A stretch of 64,000 nucleotides of DNA from Mobula hypostoma (GCF_963921235.1 NC_086097.1:26848001-26912000); one strand, 5' to 3'; shown: positions 13,901 to 24,455, counted from the first letter of the stretch. The notes: generated by a model from the sequence alone, not told the origin. Translations and numbers: made by a program.

Positions 13901-14767
13901 AGTGTCCCAAAGAGTGTTAACCGAAATATCTTCTGTATGGTTAATTGTAAAAAAAAGCTCAATCTGTTCATTCATAAAATTAACAAAGTCCGAGTCCTGA
14001 AGCAACAGCGAATTAAAACGCCATTGTCTATTGTTTGGTATATTGGCCATAATTTTAATAGAAAGCTTAAGTGGAGCATGATCCGAAATGGTTATAGAAT
14101 CATAATCACATTTAATCACTGAAGAAATGAGACGAGAATCAATGAAAAAATAATCAATTCTTGAATAGGAATGATGAACATGTGAAAAGAAGGAAAAATC
14201 TTTTTCCTGAGGATGCAGAAAACGCCAAATGTCCGTCGACCCAGAATCAGAAAGGAAAAAATTAATCAAATTTGCAGATTTATTAGGTAAAGTCCGTAAA
14301 GGAGCCGAACGGTCCAAAGCTGGAGATAAACAGGTATTAAGATCTCCGCCCCAAATCAATGAAAACTCGTTCAAATTCGGAAACTGATCAAACAATGATT
14401 TATAAAATTCCGGACAATCCATATTAGGAGCATAAACATTAACCAAAACTACTTTTTTATTAAATAATAAACCACTAACCAATAAAAATCTACCATTCGG
14501 ATCAGAGATAATATCCTGTTGTATAAAAGTAACTGAGGAGTCTATAAAAATAGAGACGCCTCGAATCTTAGCATTGGAGTTCGAATGAAATTGTTGTCCC
14601 TTCCAAAATTTGAAAAAACGTAGTCTGTCCCCCCTCCGTACATGGGTCTCTTGTAAAAATAAAATTTGTGCTTTAAGTCTCCGGAACACTTTAAAAACTT
14701 TTTTCCTTTTAATAGGATGATTAAGACCATTAGTATTCCAGGAGACAAAATTAATAATAGACTCCAT
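10991..14767 (-). CDS. L1 ORF2p: APE endonuclease + reverse transcriptase + CCHC domain (1258 aa from the first ATG)
   Basis: EN motifs SWNTNGL, LQETH, NVYAPN, GGDLN, SRIDYF, SDH. RT motifs KAPGPDG, YRPISLLN.D.K, DAEKAFD, RQGCPLSP, YADD, YLGI. C-terminal CDRC...HMFWSC. No stops or frameshifts. Confidence 0.96.
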   Translation of the reverse strand: MESIINFVSWNTNGLNHPIKRKKVFKVFRRLKAQILFLQETHVRRGDRLRFFKFWKGQQFHSNSNAKIRGVSIFIDSSVTFIQQDIISDPNGRFLLVSGLLFNKKVVLVNVYAPNMDCPEFYKSLFDQFPNLNEFSLIWGGDLNTCLSPALDRSAPLRTLPNKSANLINFFLSDSGSTDIWRFLHPQEKDFSFFSHVHHSYSRIDYFFIDSRLISSVIKCDYDSITISDHAPLKLSIKIMANIPNNRQWRFNSLLLQDSDFVNFMNEQIELFFTINHTEDISVNTLWDTFKAYIRGQIISYSVALRKKQKQEEMVIVDKIKEIDKKYVMAPSEELYKQRTELQMEHSLLLSSSIVNQLKKTRSDFYVHSDKIGKLLANQLKSNYVKSQINQIYNQNDRLILDHVGINQTFCDFYSSLYQSESPRDSKYMNDFLDKLDFPLISQDMSSLLDTSITMDEIKNVIFSMNLGKAPGPDGFTVEFYKCFASLLIPWLYKVFEASLKLGKLPESFNRASISLILKKDKDPAQCASYRPISLLNVDSKVFSKLLANRLEKVLPSIISEDQTGFIKGRYSFYNIRTLLNIVYTPSQNVPECVISLDAEKAFDRVEWPYLFKVLEMFNFSLKFISWIKLLYYSPVASVRTNSLNSPFFPLFRGTRQGCPLSPLLFDIALEPLAIAIRESLNITGITRGLKSHKLSLYADDLLLYISNPERSIPAVLELLAQFGLFSGYKLNLSKSELFPINKHLPLYYKFPFKLINNYFSYLGIKITCKHKDLFKTNFLPLIDHITQLSSKWFPLYLTLIGRINAVKMFFLPKFLYVFQALPIFVPKSFFDKVDSKISSFIWQNKNPRLGKIHLQKAKRDGGLALPNFRFYYWAINIRHMKFWLLDRDILFIPKWVALELQSVQGYTLGSILGSSLPFDSKRLKQVSNPIVKYALRIWFQFRKFFDLNQFGLAIPILGNIFFPPSFTDRAFQIWKTKGILRFLDLFLDGSLMSFEQLSNKYNLSRIHFFRYLQVRNFLSTILTSFPMLPPIYILDSIINLNPCQKGASAMIYNIIMKLRKAPFDKIRVDWEQELGLTISVDDWGQILQLVNTSSICAKHSLIQFKVVHRAHMSKDKLARFYSHINPFCDRCSGQIASLTHMFWSCPTLETFWRDIFNIISKVLNIDISPHPITAIFGLPKISSNLSPSARRMIAFLTLMAKRCILQHWKELNAPTTFFWFSQTILCLNLEKIRSNLYDSSFKFEQIWGPFIRYFHLM

Positions 14768-15635
14768 AAATCCTAAAGTCAACCCATAACAAGGAGGATT
14801 GACAATAGGCGCGACCCACAGACCCGGAGAGGAAACAGAACATACAAAAGATACCGGGGAAAAGGACGTAACCAATACTTCAATAATGTATATAGCCCAA
14901 AGAGAAACAAACTAAAACGTGAAGCCCCTCCCACCGCCCCCCACCCCAGGACCCCAAGGCGAAATCTAAAGCAGACCCGCCAGAAAGAAGCAAGCGCTAA
15001 AACTACCCCCATGACTTCCGGTATACGCTCCCTAAAAAAAAGGTATAAATATGAAAAGGATCAGCTAATTGTAAAACAGTAAAAAAAATAAGTAAAAAAA
15101 AGTTAGCTCAATTAAAATACACACAGAACAGAACAAAAGCCGGAAAGTATATATTAAAAAAAACCACAATAAACCTCAAACTCATGAATAGACACAGCAA
15201 CAAAAAAAATAGGATTATTAACATAAAATGATTATAAAAAGCAAAACAGAATAAAATTTAAAAAAAACTACAAAATTTAAGGCCGCACAGGAAATACGTA
15301 AGATGACAAAAGGGAAGTAACCACCCAGAATCCCCTGGGAAAAGAAAGAAATGACGCAGTTAAAAAGAAAGTTTAGCAGCCATATTAAGAAATCGAAAGT
15401 AAACTTTTCTGCCCAAATAGGGCACAGAAAAGTTAAAACCAACCAATTCACAGCCTCCGATCAACGGAGAAAATTAAAAAAAGACTTCCGGTAGCGCTCA
15501 TGGAGTGAAGTCGCGTTCTTGACTCGCTCCATTACCTCTGAGTTTTTTCTCTCTATGGTCAGCTATACTTTAATTAACTATTAAGGCATCAATTTTTACA
15601 ATACTTTGAATTAAACTGAATTCTCTGACAATTGG

Positions 15636-16535
15636 ATGATACTGAGATCGGCTATGTCTAAGAACGGGAAAGACGGCAAGGATGGTAAACCTCCGGTTAA
15701 ACCGAAAGCTACGGATCTCCCTCCGACTGAATCACCGGTGACTTTGGAAGCTATATCGGAGTTAATTCAGAGGGAAATTTCAACCTCTGTTAGGGAGATG
15801 ATTCGTACAGAAATTATGGGCTTTGTTAAAGACCTGATTCATATGGAAATCTCAACTAAGTTCCAGAAAATTGCCGATTTAATTGATAAGATGCAAACAT
15901 GTATTGCGGAACATCAGTCGGCTATATCTGGTCTTCAAAAATCCGCGCAACAAAGTGAGCTTAAGATGGGGAAAGTCGAAGAAACAATTAATGTAATGAA
16001 GAAGAAACTTGACTTTTTGACTTTTAAAAACTCTGACTTGGAATCTAGAATGCGACGGCAGAATTTACGAATGATTGGCGTCAGGGAAGCCGTGGAAGCT
16101 AACAACCCTATGAAATATTTCTCCCAACTTTTAAAAGATGCATTCCCTACTGTATTTCCTGACCAACCACCGCTACTGGATCGTGTTCACAGAATCCCAT
16201 CATACTCGTCTAGGTCAGATAGACCTAGGCATGTTATCTTACGTTTTCATTACTTTCAAGATAAGGAGAGACTGTTTCGATTCGCTCGATCTAAAGGTTT
16301 CATTGATTTTTCGGATCTTAAGTTCCGATTCGTGGAAGATTTCAGTAAACCAATCTGGGACCAACGGGTCCGTTACAGATCCGTGATGTCGGAATTCTAT
16401 AAGATGGATTTAAGACCAGCGCTGCTGTACCCTGCACGTCTAAGGATTCGCATGTTAGATGGAGCTCTTCGTTTTTTTGATTCTCCATCGGATGCCCAGA
16501 GTTATCTGGATCAACTTTCATCTTCAACATCTTAA
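15636..16535 (+). CDS. L1 ORF1p (coiled coil + RRM + CTD, Transposase_22-like), 299 aa, opposite strand to ORF2
   Basis: Heptad-rich region followed by DLESRMRRQNLRMIGV, LDRVHRI, PRHVILRF, EDFS and LLYPARLRI, typical of vertebrate L1 ORF1p. The start could be M1 or M7. Confidence 0.92.
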   Translation: MILRSAMSKNGKDGKDGKPPVKPKATDLPPTESPVTLEAISELIQREISTSVREMIRTEIMGFVKDLIHMEISTKFQKIADLIDKMQTCIAEHQSAISGLQKSAQQSELKMGKVEETINVMKKKLDFLTFKNSDLESRMRRQNLRMIGVREAVEANNPMKYFSQLLKDAFPTVFPDQPPLLDRVHRIPSYSSRSDRPRHVILRFHYFQDKERLFRFARSKGFIDFSDLKFRFVEDFSKPIWDQRVRYRSVMSEFYKMDLRPALLYPARLRIRMLDGALRFFDSPSDAQSYLDQLSSSTS

Positions 16536-19500
16536 TTGCCTTTTTTTAATTTTCTCCGTTGATCGGCAGATGGAGTTCAACCCAGATAAGTGTGAAGTGG
16601 TTCATTTTGGTAGGTCAAATATGATGGCAGAATATAGTATTAATGGCAAGACTCTTGGCAGTGTGGAGCATCAGAGGGATCTTGGGGTCCGAGTCCACAG
16701 GACGTGCAAAGCTGCTGCACAGGTTGACTCTATGATTAACAAGACATACGGTGTATTGGCCTTCATCAATCGTGGGATTGAGTTTAAGAGCGGAGAGGTA
16801 ATGTTGCAGCTAGATAGGACCCTGGTCAGACCCCACTTGGAGTACTGTGCTCAATTCTGGTTGCCTCACTACAGGAAGGATGTGGAAACCATAGAAAGGG
16901 TGCAGAGAAGATTTACAAGGATGTTGCCTGGATTGGGGAGCATGCCTTATGAAAATAAGTTGAGTGAACTTGGCCTTTTCTCCTTGGAGCAACGGAGGAT
17001 GAGAGGTGACCTGATAGAAGTGTATAAGATAATGAGAGGCCTTGATCGTGTGGATAGTCAGAGGCTTTTTCCCAGGGCTGAAATGGCTAGCATGAGGGGG
17101 CACAGTTTTAAGGTGCTTGGAAGTAGGTACAGAGGAGATGTCAGGGGTAAGTTTTTTTACGCAGAGAGTGGTGAGTGCGTAGAATGGGCTGCCAGTGACA
17201 GTGGTGGAGGCGGATACAATAGGATCTTTTAAGAGACTCCTGGATGGCTACGTGGAGCTCAGAAAAGTAGAGGGCTATGGGTCAGCCTAAGGTAGTTCTC
17301 AGGTAAGGACATGTTCGGCACAGCTTTGTGGGCCGAAGGGCCTGTATTGTGCTGTAGGTTTTCTGGGTTTCTAAAGCAGGAGAATGGGATTGAATGGGAT
17401 AATAAATCGGCCATGATGGAATAGCAGAGCAGACTCGAATAGCTGAAAGGCATAAATCTTCTCCTGTGACTTATTGTCATATGATTGTTTGTCAGTCTTT
17501 GCCTTTTTATGTACGTTTTTTGTAAATTCTGTTGTGTTTCTTTTTCCTGTAAATACCTGCAGGAAAATGAATCTCAGGGTAGTATATGGTGACACATACA
17601 TACTTCATACTAAATTTACTTTGACTTTCCTACCCCTTCCTACAATCCATGAATCCCAAAGTGAGCGTGACTTCACTCATCCCAACCTTGAATATGCTTT
17701 GAGTGGCTACAAGACTGGGCTAGTGAATTCCAGGTATGTGCCAAGAGAAGAAATCCCTCCCCTCGTTCTCATCTCAGTGCTCTTCTTCTCGAGCTGAAAG
17801 GCTTGAATTCTCTACTGTCCAGCATCAGCCCCATCTCGCACGTTATGGTTCAGGAACATGTCATCCAAACCAGGCCCAGTTTACAGTAAATACCCCTCTT
17901 CCCTCCCCCCCCACCCCCCCCCGCCACTCGTACTACCCTTCCATCGGAGGAGATTGGGATATCTAGATTTCACAGCCCTCCTGTAGCTCCATGTCCAATG
18001 GGTAACGTGCAGTGAAGGAGAGCCGAACCCCACGGCAACGTAAAGGATGTTTGGATTGTGTGATTGGAGGAGAAGGGACAGTGGCCTTTTCCAGTCCCTG
18101 CCCACCCCATTGGGCAGAAATGATAAAAGATTGAGAACCCTTGCCACCAGGCTCCAGGCCACCTTCTTTCCCACCTTTGGAAGACCACCAAACAGATCTC
18201 TTGTGGCTCCCAGTCTAACCCATCATGGTCCTTGCACTTTATAGTCATAGAAAAGTACAGCACAGAAACAGGCCCTTCGGCCCATCTAGTCCATCCCTAA
18301 GCCATCTAAACATAGTCATAGTCATACTTTATTGATCCCGGGGGAAATTGGGTTTCGTTACAGTTGCACCATAAATAATTAAATAGTAATAAAACCATAA
18401 ATAATTAAATAGTAATATGTAAATTATGGCAGGAAATAAGTCCAGGACCAGTCTATTGGCTCAGGGTGTCTGACCCTCCAAGGGAGGAGTTGTCAACTCA
18501 CATCGCCCTGCACCTCCATACCCCTACCATCCATGTACCTCCCAAACTTCTCCTCAACATTGAAATTGTGCTCGCATGCACCACTTGTGCTAGCAGCTCA
18601 TTCCACACTCTCACAGCCCTCTGAGTGAAGTTTCCCCTCTTCCCCTTAAACTTTTCACCTTTTACCTTTAACCCATGACCTCTAATTGTAGTCCCACCCA
18701 ATCTCAATGGAAAAAGCTTGCTTGCATTCACCCTATCTATAGCCCTCATAATTTCGTATACACCTGTCACATTTCCTCTCAATCTTCTATGTTCTAAGGA
18801 GTAATATCCTAACTTAAGTCAGTCCTTCCTTATGACTCAGGCCCTCTGGACATTTTCTCTGTACTCTTTTTCAACCCTGTTGATATGGAAATACATCTCA
18901 GTAACAAGCCCTTCGAGCCTGCGCCATCGGATTACACTAATCTGACCAATTGACCTCCTAATATCACAAACGAGAGAGAATCTTTAGATGTTGGAAATCA
19001 GAGGGACACACACAAAGTGCTGGAGGAACTCAGCAGGCCAGGCAGCATCTATGGAAAAAAAGTACAGTCAACGTTTCAGACTGGAAACCCTCCGGCTGGA
19101 CATTAAGCTACAAATGACTTTGGAATGTGCGTGGAAACCAAAGCACCCAGAGGAAACACAGGCAGCCAAGGGGATAACAGTAATATCTTACAGACAACCG
19201 CGGAATTAAACCCGTTACATTACTGCCCCTTTTATTTACCTGCACTGCACTTTCTCTGTCAGTGTCATATGATGTTCGGCAGTCTGTTGTTTCTTTTCCT
19301 CCTTTTGTACTACCTGTAGGTACTTGGGTATGAAATGGGTTGTCTGGATGTCACACACAAAAAAAAGCCCTTTCACTATACCTTTCCTTGTACCCATTTA
19401 CACAAATCTGACCTCAATCCCATTTTATTCTCCCCACATTCCCATCGGCTCCCCTCCACCCTGGACCTGAGCTTCTGGACCTGTTTCACTCACCTCTGGT

Positions 19501-19999
19501 CTGAACTAACTCCCTGGTTGTGGACTCGGGGACTGTGTGGTTCATGTTCTGAGTGTTACTTGTTTTACTTTTTATTGTTTGTATGATTTTCGCACGTTGG
19601 ATGTTTGTCATGGATTCTGTTGTTTCTATGTTTTGTCACTGCCTGCAAGAAGTGAATCTCTAGGTTCTACATGGTACACATACTTTGATAATAAATTTAC
19701 TTTGAACTTTGAATTGTCTTTGACTTGGAGGGGAACCTGCGGTCCGTGGTGTTTCTGTGCACCTGTAGTCCGTGTGGGCTGGTTTAAGATGGAGCGGGAT
19801 TTGGCAACCCCTGTGTCCTGTACACCTGCCACCCAAGTCCTGATTCGTATTAGCACAAGGTTGGTGATGTGCTGGCCATTTGCCCCAGTGTGTCTTGTGG
19901 ATTCTGTCACATTGAGGTAAATGGGAATTATAAGACCAGGAGACATAGGAGCCGAGTCTGGCCATTCAGCCCATCAAGTCTGCACTGCCATTTGATCAT

Positions 20000-20194
20000 A
20001 AACGAGAAAATCTGCAGGTGCTGGAAATCCAAGCAACACACACCAAATGCTGCAGGAGCTCAGCAGGCCAGGCAGCATCTATGGAAAAGAGTACAGTTGA
20101 TGTTTCGGGCCGAAACCCTTCAGCAGGACTGTACTGTTTTCCATAGATGCTGCCTGGCCTGCTGAATTCCTCCAGCATTTTGTCTGTATTGCCC
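20000..20194. mobile_element. Palindromic short Penelope derivative with 13-bp TSD
   Basis: GCCATTTGATCAT at 19987-19999 and 20195-20207. Inverted arms are joined through GACTG. Inserted in a CR1 3' end. Confidence 0.8.
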
Positions 20195-22743
20195 GCCATT
20201 TGATCATGATTTATTTTCCCCACTCAACTCCACTCTGCTGCCTTCTCCCTGTAACGTTTGACACCCTTACTAATCAAGAACCTTTCAACCACGGCTTTCA
20301 ATATACCCAAAAACTTGGCCTCCACAGCCATCTATGGCAATGAATTCCACAGATTCACCACCCTCTGATTGAAAAAATTCTTCCTTATCTCTGTTCTAGA
20401 GGGACATCCTTGTATTCTGAGGCTGTGCCTTGTGGCTCTCAGCTTCGCCACTGTTGGAAACATCCCCTTCACATCCATTCTAGCCCTTTTGATATTTGAT
20501 AGCTTTGGAAGGTGGCTCATTGTCCCAACTGGTCTTTGCCGACCAAGATGCCATAATACGTTATTGTGCATTGTTACTGCTTTACCTCGTTCTACCTCAG
20601 TGCACTGTGATCTGTATGAACAGTATGGAAGATGAGCTTTTCACTGTATCTTGGTACACGTGACAGTCATAAACCAAGTTCAATTTCGATGCCCATTCTG
20701 GCTGGTTGCATTTGCCTGCATTTTTGGTCCATATCCCTCCAAACCTTTCCTGCCCGTGCACCTGTCAAAAGCTATAACTTCCTCAACCACTTTCTCTGTC
20801 AGCTCATTCCATGTTTGTACGCCACCTCTGTGTGTGTGTCTATACAAAAAAAAAGTTGCCCCTCAAGTGCCTAATAAAACATCCCTCTCTCACCTTAAAT
20901 CCATGCCCTGTAGTTCTCGATTGCTCAATGCTTGGTAAAAGACTGATCGCATTCACCCAATCGATGCACCTCGGGATTTTATACACCTATATGAGACCAC
21001 TGTTCAGTCTCCAACACTCCAAGGAATAAAGTTCTAGACTATCCAAATTCTCCTTATAACTCAGTCTCTCAAGACCTGGCAACATCCTTGTAAATCTTTT
21101 CTGCACTCTTTCCAGTTTCATAAAATCGCTCCTATAGCAGGGAGACCAAAACTGTACACAATACTATCTCTGATAATTGTTCTGTTAAGTTCGGATATTA
21201 GTCATGTTCTAAGTTTGATAAGTGACATGCAGTGTAAAATGCATCTTGCACGTAGTTATTTTGCTCTTTCTCTGCCGCAGTTTATCCATCAAGGAATTAA
21301 TAGCTCCACCAAAATAACACACTGCAAAATTCACACGAGCATTAAACACCGACAGATGAGCTCATTCTAAATGATTCACTGAACCCGTTTCAGATGCTGG
21401 GAGAGCCTCTTCTCATTGGACAATGCCGAGATTAGTTTGGCTTCTGAATTATGAAAGGTCATAAAAGAAAAACAACTACAGAGCATGTTAAACTTGACAA
21501 GGTTGACAAAGGGTATTTTAGTGTTAAGTGCAATATCTCACTGCTTTACAGCACAGAAAATGGCCATTCAGCCCAAAAGATCCATGCTAGTCCACAAGAG
21601 TTTTCTTTCTCTCCTCTTCATCTCAACCAATCAAATCTCTTCCCGCCACCTTCCCCTCAAATACAGCTATACAATTCCACTTTCTCCCCGATTTCTGGAT
21701 AAAGATGCATCTGTGAATTTTCTGCAACACACTCAGAATGCTGGAATGACTCAGCAGATCAGGCAGCAGCTATGGAGAGATGAACATCGGACATTTCGGG
21801 CCAAGACCCTTTGTCAGGATCATTCACCCCAGTCCTGCTGAAGGGTCAGCAGGAAATATCAACTGTTATTACCCTCTGTCGATGCTACTCTTCTTGCTGA
21901 GGTCCTCGATACGACCTTGCACCTTATTGTTTATCTGTCCTGCACTTTCTGTGGAGCTGTTGCACTTAATTCTGCGTTCTTTAGAATGTAAAAGCAAGGT
22001 TGTAATGCTGAGGCTTTACGAGGCTTGGTCAGACCACACTTGGGGGGTATTGTGAATAGTTTTGGGCCACTTCCCTCAGAAGGAATGTGCTGGTGTTGAA
22101 GAGGGTCCTGAGGAGGTTCGGGAGAATGATTCAGGAAATGAAAGGGTTAAAGTAGAAAGAGAGTTTGCTGGCTCTGGGCCTGTACTCACTGGAGTTTAGA
22201 AGAATGGGGAGGTGTCTCATTGAGACATATTAAATATTGAAGGGCCTAGACAGAGTGGATATGGGGAGAATCAGAGGGCACAGAAGAGAAGGACATTCTT
22301 TTAGAGCATCGATGAGGAAGAATTTCTTTAACCAGAGGGTGATGATTATGTGGAACTCATTGCCATAGACTGCTGTGGAGGTCAAGCTATTGGGTGCATT
22401 TAAAGTAGAGGTTGATGGGTTCTTGATTAGTTAGGATATCAAGAGAAGGCAGGAGAATGGGGTTGTGAGGGAAATCAAATGAGCCGTGATTGGAGCAGAC
22501 TGGATGGGCTGAATGTCTCCTGTGTCTTGTGGTTTTACCTTGTTCTACTTCAGTGCACTGTGTAATGATTTGATCTGTAAGAACAGTATGCAGAACAAGC
22601 TTTTCGCTGTACCGTGGTACATGTGGCAGTGATTCCAAGTTCAATGCAAGTGTATAAATTAACTGTTAAACAGTAACAAAAGTGGTTGTTAAATTATTTA
22701 TGTGACCCACTGCGGTCAGAAAGGTACAGGAGCATCAGGACTA

Positions 22744-23189
22744 AAGGCTGATTTATACTTGTGCATCAAATGTACGTCGTAGGGTGACATGCACCTCCCC
22801 AAAAATGTAACTCACACGTCATGGCGATGCAGACCACAACAACTGTGATTGGTCCGCTTGGTAGCATCGCATTTCCTCCTACGCATTTCTGGTTGCTTTT
22901 CTCCGTCATGTCTGTGCACTGATGCGAAATAAATGGTTGGAGACAATGAACCAAGTCGTCAAATCTACCTGCTGACATCCGAAAATATTTGAAATGCATT
23001 TCCTCGTCCATGTCTCTCACAAAGAAACTCAACAAGGTGGCGTAGAAACCCCACCGCCAGCTAGCATTTTGGCGGTGAATTGCAGAGCAACGCAGACACA
23101 ACTACGCATGCTTGCTACGGCGTAAGGCTACGCAAAAGTATAAATCAGGCCTACGGCGTAGCCCGTACGCACAAGTATAAATCAGCCTT
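22744..23189 (-). mobile_element. Non-autonomous PIF/Harbinger-derived element
   Basis: Perfect 21-bp TIR AAGGCTGATTTATACTTGTGC with TA flanks. Internal remnant HFKYFRMSAGRFDDLVHCLQPFI resembles the Harbinger transposase N-terminus. Confidence 0.75.
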
Positions 23190-23708
23190 TAGACTGCCGG
23201 ACGAGGTAACAGCCTCTTTCCCTGGGCTGTGAGATTAATGAACAGCCTGCCACCACTGAGGTCTCATCTCTAGGACAGCGAGCTGTTACTGTTTACCTGT
23301 GCTGTGTATTGCACAGGCATTATGAATTGTATTTCGCTGACTTTTTTGTGGCGATGTCTTGTTTTGTCTGCTGTGCGTGATGCATATTTTCTGGGTTCAC
23401 CGGAGTCCGGAGGGGTGTTACCCTGTGACCGTGTGGATTTTCTCCGGGTGCTCCGATTTCCTCCCAAATTCCAGACATACCCGTTGATAGATTAGTTGGT
23501 GATTGTAAATTATCTGATGATGAGGTTAAATCGAGGGATGCTGTGCGGAGCAGGTTGAAAGGTCGGAAGGGCCATTTGTGCGTTGTATCTCAAAAAAAAA
23601 ATGTACAGTCAGATGACAATAAACTTGAACTTGTGTTCTGAGGTTGTGCAAGATGCTGCAAAGCTTCAGGACTTCCTTTCTGAATCCTTTTGAACTGATC
23701 AGGTGTAA

Positions 23709-23879
<171 letters not shown>

Positions 23880-24048
23880 TAAGACTTGGGAGAAGAAGGG
23901 GTAGGGAAGACTGGCATCAGGAATGTTTTGGGGTGGGAGATTGCTTCCAGGAAACAGCCAGGGGAAGATTGGCCTGGGAAAGCTCTGGGAAAACCAGCGT
24001 GTCCATTTCCATCGCAGGGGTGTCGTCACTGATGTAAGCTCGTGTCCG

Positions 24049-24455
24049 TTCCCCAATCACACTTTATTTAGTTGTACACAAGGAGGATAGCCCAGCCCCG
24101 TCACCACACTGTTCTGAAGTCGGAACAGTTTCTATACAGAATTGATTTGCCGTCATGGACAATGATTATTTGGTAAATTATGCATGCTCAAATTCCCTAT
24201 TTTTATGCTCAATCACCAAATACAACACAGGTGTTAGTAGTCAATGGAAACTAACAACCACCGATACTTCGAAGTTAGTAGTTGTCCCCTCATTAGTGTA
24301 TGCCCTCCTTCCTCGGTTTGCCAAATGGCTTTGGCTCCCTGCTGTACAATAGGGAAGTTATGTTCTCAAAGGCCTCTCTTTAATGACCTTTCTGCCCAAA
24401 CTGACTGCTACACTATCGGTAATCTGTCCTCTTCTGTACCTTAACCCTTGCCTTG
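24049..24455 (-). repeat. Unclassified old dispersed repeat (copy 1), possibly a solo LTR
   Basis: Collinear similarity to 37501-37945; minus-strand AATAAA at 24063-24068. Confidence 0.6.

Larger units (their letters stand above)
10630..16566 (-). mobile_element. Full-length L1-clade LINE with inverted 5'UTR+ORF1 block (15483-16566)
   Basis: TSD GGCAGATGGAGTTC at 10616-10629 and 16565-16578. Minus-strand AATAAA (10654-10659) and an A/(GAAA)n tail. Intact ORF2 on minus, intact ORF1 on plus. 27-bp inverted duplication at 15457-15483 / 16540-16566. Confidence 0.95.
10519..17372 (+). mobile_element. CR1-type LINE 3' fragment split by the L1 insertion (10519-10629 and 16565-17372)
   Basis: ADDTKVGGVVDS...NWAEKWQMEF on the left continues as NPDKCEVVHFG on the right once the L1 and one TSD copy are removed. 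Confidence 0.92.

Noticed and set aside
14768..14875. 36-aa N-terminal extension of ORF2 in the ORF track (1294 aa)
   Set aside because: It starts at TTG in the spacer. The first ATG (14767) sits just before the endonuclease SWN motif, as expected for L1 ORF2.
15636..16535. ORF1 as a domesticated host gene (L1TD1-like) or a second independent L1
   Set aside because: It lies within the same TSD as ORF2 and its downstream sequence continues into the ORF2 spacer.
15457..16566. ORF1 block as a recombinase-invertible switch or a DNA transposon with 27-bp TIRs
   Set aside because: There is no recombinase or transposase and no separate TSD. The outer repeat abuts the L1 TSD, which fits twin-priming overlap.
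16459..17232. 257-aa ORF as a novel gene
   Set aside because: It is a chance fusion of an alternative ORF1 frame with a CR1 RT C-terminal fragment that lacks the catalytic core.
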